From the IMG/VR virus record IMGVR_UViG_3300042939_000506, positions 1 through 61,237 of that record: a stretch of DNA of 61,237 nt, one strand, 5' to 3'. Positions within the stretch are counted from its first letter, which is position 1, and every line of letters starts with the position of its first letter. The translations under genes and the position numbers were made by a program. This stretch comes from a virus (taxonomy: Duplodnaviria; Caudoviricetes). Shown piece after piece: positions 57,351 to 61,237 of the stretch. The notes beneath the pieces were generated by a model. That model worked only from the letters and a program-made list of their open reading frames with translations, made no database searches and was not told where the DNA came from.

Positions 57351-57636
57351 CCCCAGCCCGAACCCCACCGTGCACACCGACGCCCAGCGGCGGCTCGTCC
57401 AAACCCTCTACCGCATGAGATACGGGCCGCTGATGGGAGTCACTCCCAACTGGGAGGACGACATCGTGACCTTCCTCAACGACGTCATCATCTGGCTCGA
57501 CGCGCTCAACGACAAACTCGTCATCGTCGCTGAAACCACCACAAACATGCAGACCGAACTCGACAGGTTCCGTCAGCAGCAGCAGGCCGTCAGGGACTTC
57601 CTCGGTCTGCCCAACCCGAAGAAAGGCCCCGCGTGA
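57343..57636 (+). CDS. Hypothetical protein
   Basis: ATG 57343 overlapping upstream stop; C-terminal coiled coil. Confidence 0.7.
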   Translation: MGNPSPNPTVHTDAQRRLVQTLYRMRYGPLMGVTPNWEDDIVTFLNDVIIWLDALNDKLVIVAETTTNMQTELDRFRQQQQAVRDFLGLPNPKKGPA

Positions 57637-57821
57637 TCCTCACCGGAACCCTCGAAAAAACACAACCCGACGGCACCATCCTGACCGTCGACTGGATGAT
57701 CGACACCGACAAAGCAGAACTGGTCCAGGTCGGTGGTGAGGGCCAACTGGAACTGACCGACATCGACCTCATCGCACAGATGCTGGAACTCGACCTCGAC
57801 GACGACGAGCCGGCACCATGA
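57633..57821 (+). CDS. Small acidic hypothetical protein
   Basis: GAAAGG RBS; GTGA coupling. Confidence 0.65.
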   Translation: MILTGTLEKTQPDGTILTVDWMIDTDKAELVQVGGEGQLELTDIDLIAQMLELDLDDDEPAP

Positions 57822-58057
57822 CGGTTTACGGATACGTGTTCTGGTTCTTCACAACCATCCTCATCCTCAGCTTCATCGCCGGATACATTCACGCCGACTA
57901 CTACAACGAAAAACAAGAACCCATCGACCACAACACGCTGACCTACTGCGAAGGCTGCGGCTGCCGCCACAAACTCATGTATATGAACTGGCGCAGAGAC
58001 AAATACCGCTGCATTATCTGCTGCCACGACTACGACCCAGGACCACGCCTGTCCTGA
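57818..58057 (+). CDS. Small membrane protein with CxxC motifs
   Basis: N-terminal TM segment; CEGC and CIIC. Confidence 0.65.
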   Translation: MTVYGYVFWFFTTILILSFIAGYIHADYYNEKQEPIDHNTLTYCEGCGCRHKLMYMNWRRDKYRCIICCHDYDPGPRLS

Positions 58058-58213
58058 CAAACTAGCGGAAGGCGCGTCAAACCGGGGTGTTTTCATCCTT
58101 TCTGACCGGCAAAGCGTGCCCAGGACTCTCACTCACAGACGAGGCACAGCTGCGCGCCTTCCGCACCCATCACCGTGACAAAACGTGACACCCCGAACTG
58201 TCACATCAAAAGA

Positions 58214-58759
58214 TCACTGTGACGAAACCGCCACAACCCCCGGCCACACCACCACAAACCCCTGAGCATCCCGATACCGCTGCTGACGGCGGCGATGACA
58301 CTCCCGGCAGAACTCCTTGCCGTTGTGCACATACACGTTGTACCCCTGCATCGGGGACCCACACCGGCCACACGACCGCACCCCGGTGATATGAGCATCC
58401 AACAGCCTGTCCAATTTCGACTTCGTTCTAACCAACTCTGAGGACAACTCCTCCACCGTTTTCGCCAACTGCCGGGCCTCACTCTTGGCCAGGCGCAACT
58501 CGTTGGCGAAGTTGGCCGACTCCGACTGCATCTGCGAACACACCCGCGTCATATCCTCAGCCCGAATCGACCTGACCAACCTCAGGCTGCAACCCATCCG
58601 ATCCGCAATATCCTCGGCAGTCAGACCAGCCAGAGTCAAACCGGCGACGACCCAACAGCGATCCGACACCCCCAACTGAGACATCTTCCTGCCCGAACCC
58701 GCCAGCACCGACGGAACAAGCTGAGCATCAGGAAACCACCGAACCCGATCATCACCCAC
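58214..58759 (-). CDS. HTH DNA-binding protein with coiled coil and C-terminal zinc ribbon
   Basis: GLTAEDIADRMGCSLRLVRSI; CGRCG...CRECH. Confidence 0.8.
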   Translation of the reverse strand: MGDDRVRWFPDAQLVPSVLAGSGRKMSQLGVSDRCWVVAGLTLAGLTAEDIADRMGCSLRLVRSIRAEDMTRVCSQMQSESANFANELRLAKSEARQLAKTVEELSSELVRTKSKLDRLLDAHITGVRSCGRCGSPMQGYNVYVHNGKEFCRECHRRRQQRYRDAQGFVVVWPGVVAVSSQ

Positions 58760-59036
58760 CCGCCCAGAATAACAATGGCGTAACCACTCTGCGTTATCGA
58801 ATTAGCTGAACCCGGCAAAAAACTCGGGGAAAATAACGAAGGCGGGAGGCATTGTCGTTTTCCGATTTCACCGAAAAACTGCGGGTCGGGCGACTGCTGT
58901 GGTTCCCGAGAACAGTGGCTCCCTGGGGACAGGGTTCTGGCCTACTGTGGTCAGTGTGAGTGAGTTCAGGTTTGCCAGTCCCCTGCCTGGGGACACCTGT
59001 CTTCTGCTGTCTCACACCCCACTGAGAGGTTTTACT

Positions 59037-59555
59037 ATGTCCAACTTCATCTCCCAGACCACTGTTGCTCCTTACAGGGCTCATGTGGCCTCTGTCATCT
59101 GCCCTGCCTATGGGTGGGACTTCCTGCAGGTGGCCACCACCACTGACACCCTTACCAAAGATGGTGAGGTGGTCACTCTGGTCTGGGGTGCCAACAAGCT
59201 GCTGAGCTTCTCCTCCACTGCAGGGTTGGTGGTTGATGGTCAAGCCCCCTGCAAATTGCAGAAACTGACCAACCTGCTGGCAGGTTCCAAAGTCATGGGA
59301 GAGACTCCAGATTCCATCTGGGCCAGCCTGCCTGCTGGCCACCCTGCCAAGTTGGGGGCTAAGGCAGCACTGAGGGCCAAAGCTGCAGAGATCCTGGTGG
59401 ACATGCTGCCTGCAACCTCAGCTGTTGATGCTGAGATTGCCAAGCTGGAGACTCCTGCTCCTGCCAAGAAGGCTCCTGCCAAGAAGGCTCCTGCCAGCAG
59501 GAAGGCAGGCAGCAAGGTGGTTGCTGCCACCACCCTGGAGGACATGGGCTTCTAG
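59037..59555 (+). CDS. 172-aa hypothetical protein with PAKKA (histone H1/HupB-like) tail
   Basis: GAGAGG RBS at 59024, ATG 59037; PAPAKKAPAKKAPASRK; only three Arg, all AGG. Confidence 0.8.
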   Translation: MSNFISQTTVAPYRAHVASVICPAYGWDFLQVATTTDTLTKDGEVVTLVWGANKLLSFSSTAGLVVDGQAPCKLQKLTNLLAGSKVMGETPDSIWASLPAGHPAKLGAKAALRAKAAEILVDMLPATSAVDAEIAKLETPAPAKKAPAKKAPASRKAGSKVVAATTLEDMGF

Positions 59556-59569
59556 CCTCACCTCCCAGC

Positions 59570-59597
59570 AGCCCCACCCCCACTGGGGGTGGGGCTT
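59570..59597 (+). terminator. Hairpin after the CpG-free gene
   Basis: AGCCCCACCCCC-ACT-GGGGGTGGGGCT; short U tail. Confidence 0.7.
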
Positions 59598-59727
59598 GCT
59601 GCTGTCTGCAGCAGGAGCCGGCTGCACCCACGAACACGGAGGCGGGGGACGAGAGCGGGTGCCGGCGGCGGGGGCGGTGGCGGGACGCCACCCGGACGGA
59701 ACGACACCCGGCCCCGGCGCGGTCGGT

Positions 59728-59763
59728 CGGGCGGTCGCCCGGGCGGTCGCCCGGGCGGTCGCT
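59728..59763 (+). repeat. 12-bp tandem repeat x3
   Basis: CGGGCGGTCGCC CGGGCGGTCGCC CGGGCGGTCGCT. Confidence 0.9.
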
Positions 59764-59888
59764 CCGCCCCACGCCCCGCCACTCGCACGACCGTCCGGTC
59801 GGTGTCGGGGTGGGTGTGCCGCGGTGTCGGGGCGGGGTCGGGCGGGGTCGGTGACGGCCTCCCACGCCCCTCCATCCGCAAACGAACA

Positions 59889-59988
59889 AAGTCGAGGAAA
59901 GGCGCCCCGAAACCTACCGTGACCTGGCCGTTCCCACTAGGCTGGCCTTAGGCCAGCAACCAAGCGGGCCTGAACGAGAGGAAACGAG
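59889..59988 (+). repeat. About 100-bp promoter/RBS repeat, copy 1
   Basis: AAGTCGAGGAAAG..ACCTACCGTGACCTG..TAGGCTGGCCTTAGGCCAGCAACCAAGCGGGCCTGAACGAGAGGAAACG. Confidence 0.9.
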
Positions 59989-60246
59989 ATGAGCGGATCA
60001 CAGCCGTTGTGGGTCGTGGAGGCCCGTGCCCAACGTGCCTTCGACATGGCGGTGCGGCTGATGCGTCAGGGCGACAAGGAGACGGCCACAACGTGGCTGC
60101 TCGAATGGTGCGACCTGCACGACCGGGTGAAGGCGTTGAAGGCCGAGGAGGAAGCGGCCAGCAAGCGGCGGCGCAAGCAGTTCGCCCTGGCCGCTCAGAT
60201 CGGGCGGTGGCAGAGCGAGCAGAACGAGGAGGTGACGGGCAGCTGA
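59989..60246 (+). CDS. Small helical hypothetical protein
   Basis: GAGAGGAA RBS inside the repeat. Confidence 0.75.
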   Translation: MSGSQPLWVVEARAQRAFDMAVRLMRQGDKETATTWLLEWCDLHDRVKALKAEEEAASKRRRKQFALAAQIGRWQSEQNEEVTGS

Positions 60247-60312
60247 CGTGGTGAGCGTCCCCTCCGGGGGACGCCACCCCACCCGCCACTGACCGACCGC
60301 CCCGCAAACACG

Positions 60313-60413
60313 GAAGTCGAGGAAAGTCGCCCCGGCACCTACCGTGACCTGCACGTTCCCAGTAGGCTGGCCTTAGGCCAGCAACCAAGCGGGCCTGAAC
60401 GAGAGGAAACGGA
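60313..60413 (+). repeat. About 100-bp promoter/RBS repeat, copy 2
   Basis: Near-identical to copy 1; the TAGGCT...GAGAGGAAACG part is identical. Confidence 0.9.
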
Positions 60414-60641
60414 ATGATCGAGATCACCCGGAGGAGCCCGCTCAGTGGCGACCTCCACACGATGACCATCGACGCCACCAACGAGCAGTTGACGGCGTTC
60501 CTGTCGGGCGTGAAGGTGCAGGACGCCTTCCCGCAGGTGAGCCCGGAGGAGCGTGAGTTCATCCTGACCGGGATCACCCCCGCCGAGTGGGAAGCGATGT
60601 TCGACGGGTCCAGCGAGGTTGAAGTGGACTTCGCGGAATGA
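60414..60641 (+). CDS. Small conserved phage hypothetical protein
   Basis: RRSPLSG..HTMTID; VQDAFPQVSPEEREFILTGITPAEW; RBS inside repeat. Confidence 0.8.
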   Translation: MIEITRRSPLSGDLHTMTIDATNEQLTAFLSGVKVQDAFPQVSPEEREFILTGITPAEWEAMFDGSSEVEVDFAE

Positions 60642-60804
60642 CAGCGGCCTGGCGGGAGGGGTTGCGGTCAACCCCTCCCGAGGAACTGCTGCGGCGAGCA
60701 GCCACCCGACGGAAGATCGCCCAGGCGATGGAGGAGCGTGGCCAGCCCGGTGCCGCGGCCTGGCAGCGTCGGCGGGCAGACGAGGAGGTGGCGGCGGCTC
60801 AGTG

Positions 60805-60959
60805 ACGGTGAGCGTCCCTCCGGGGACGCCACCCCACCCGACGCCGACCGACCGCACGAAGTCGGAACAAGTCGCCCGTCTGACTACCGGAAACCTGCCG
60901 TGACCTGGGATGATGGTGTTGGCCAGGAAGAAGCCGGGCCTAAACGAGAGGAAACGAGA
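60805..60959 (+). repeat. Hairpin plus diverged promoter/RBS repeat, copy 3
   Basis: GGTGAGCGTCCC..GGGACGCCACCCCACCCG matches 60250-60285; ACCTGCCGTGACCTG; GGGCCTAAACGAGAGGAAACGAG. Confidence 0.8.
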
Positions 60960-61175
60960 ATGACGGAGAATACCGTGACGTTGACCAAGAGCCAGGCCAA
61001 GGCTCTTGCCGAGGTGATTCGGTCTGAGGTCGAGCGTGACGCCCTGCTCGGCTGGATCGACAAGGTCGTTGCCTCCGGCCTGATCCCGTCCAAGACGGTC
61101 GTCCACTACGACCTGGGCGTGCTGCCCGGTGAGGAGTACGAGGACATCGTTTGGGACGAGGAGGACGAGGACTGA
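60960..61175 (+). CDS. Small acidic hypothetical protein (71 aa)
   Basis: RBS inside repeat; ends GEEYEDIVWDEEDED; followed by hairpin GTGCCGGCCCACC..GGTGGGTCGGCAC. Confidence 0.75.
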   Translation: MTENTVTLTKSQAKALAEVIRSEVERDALLGWIDKVVASGLIPSKTVVHYDLGVLPGEEYEDIVWDEEDED

Positions 61176-61237
61176 CGTCCTCTGACGTGCCGGCCCACCT
61201 GCGGGTGGGTCGGCACGCCACCCGACCGCCCGAACGA

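Larger units (their letters stand above)
58909..59618. other. CpG-free block (710 bp)
   Basis: Last CG at 58907-58908, next at 59619-59620; every line and junction between read by eye. Confidence 0.93.

Noticed and set aside
58899-59036. 218-aa version of the CG-free gene
   Set aside because: No RBS at 58899; GAGAGG sits 7 nt before ATG 59037.
58909-59618. Vertebrate or other eukaryotic contamination as the cause of CpG loss
   Set aside because: It has a bacterial RBS, an intact ORF with a mycobacterial-style PAKK tail and a terminal hairpin, and CG is absent rather than reduced. Read support is still needed to exclude it fully.
59889-61237. CRISPR array
   Set aside because: Repeats are about 100 bp, contain an RBS and are separated by whole genes.
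1-61237. Integrated prophage with host flanks
   Set aside because: No host housekeeping genes, and the att core has phage genes on both sides.

Overview
Most of the genome of a high-GC actinobacteriophage, very probably infecting Mycobacterium, with a cluster-B-like layout. The + strand carries replication genes (family A DNA polymerase, primase-polymerase/AAA helicase, SF2 helicase, PD-(D/E)xK exonuclease). The - strand carries the virion and lysis genes (terminase, portal, protease, major capsid, head-tail, major tail, tape measure, minor tails, lysin A, probable holin), interrupted by several small + strand islands, most with a shared promoter/leader motif. A tyrosine integrase with an intact tRNA-derived attP sits between the protease and capsid genes. 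Upstream of the terminase is a ParB-ParB-IbrA(PAPS reductase-like)-IbrB-GNAT cassette, a candidate DNA-modification system. The strongest anomaly is a 710-bp block (58909-59618) with no CG dinucleotide at all. It covers one whole transcription unit (upstream region, a 172-aa gene with a PAKK tail, terminal hairpin), is followed directly by a CG-saturated tract, and leads an array of repeated promoter-gene cassettes. My hypothesis (inference only) is that the phage modifies CG, or is attacked at CG, and keeps one pioneer gene free of the target. Also noted: tandem NrdR-like boxes before the primase and a displaced, probably frameshifted tail-chaperone pair. All calls come from reading motifs by eye; no searches were run.
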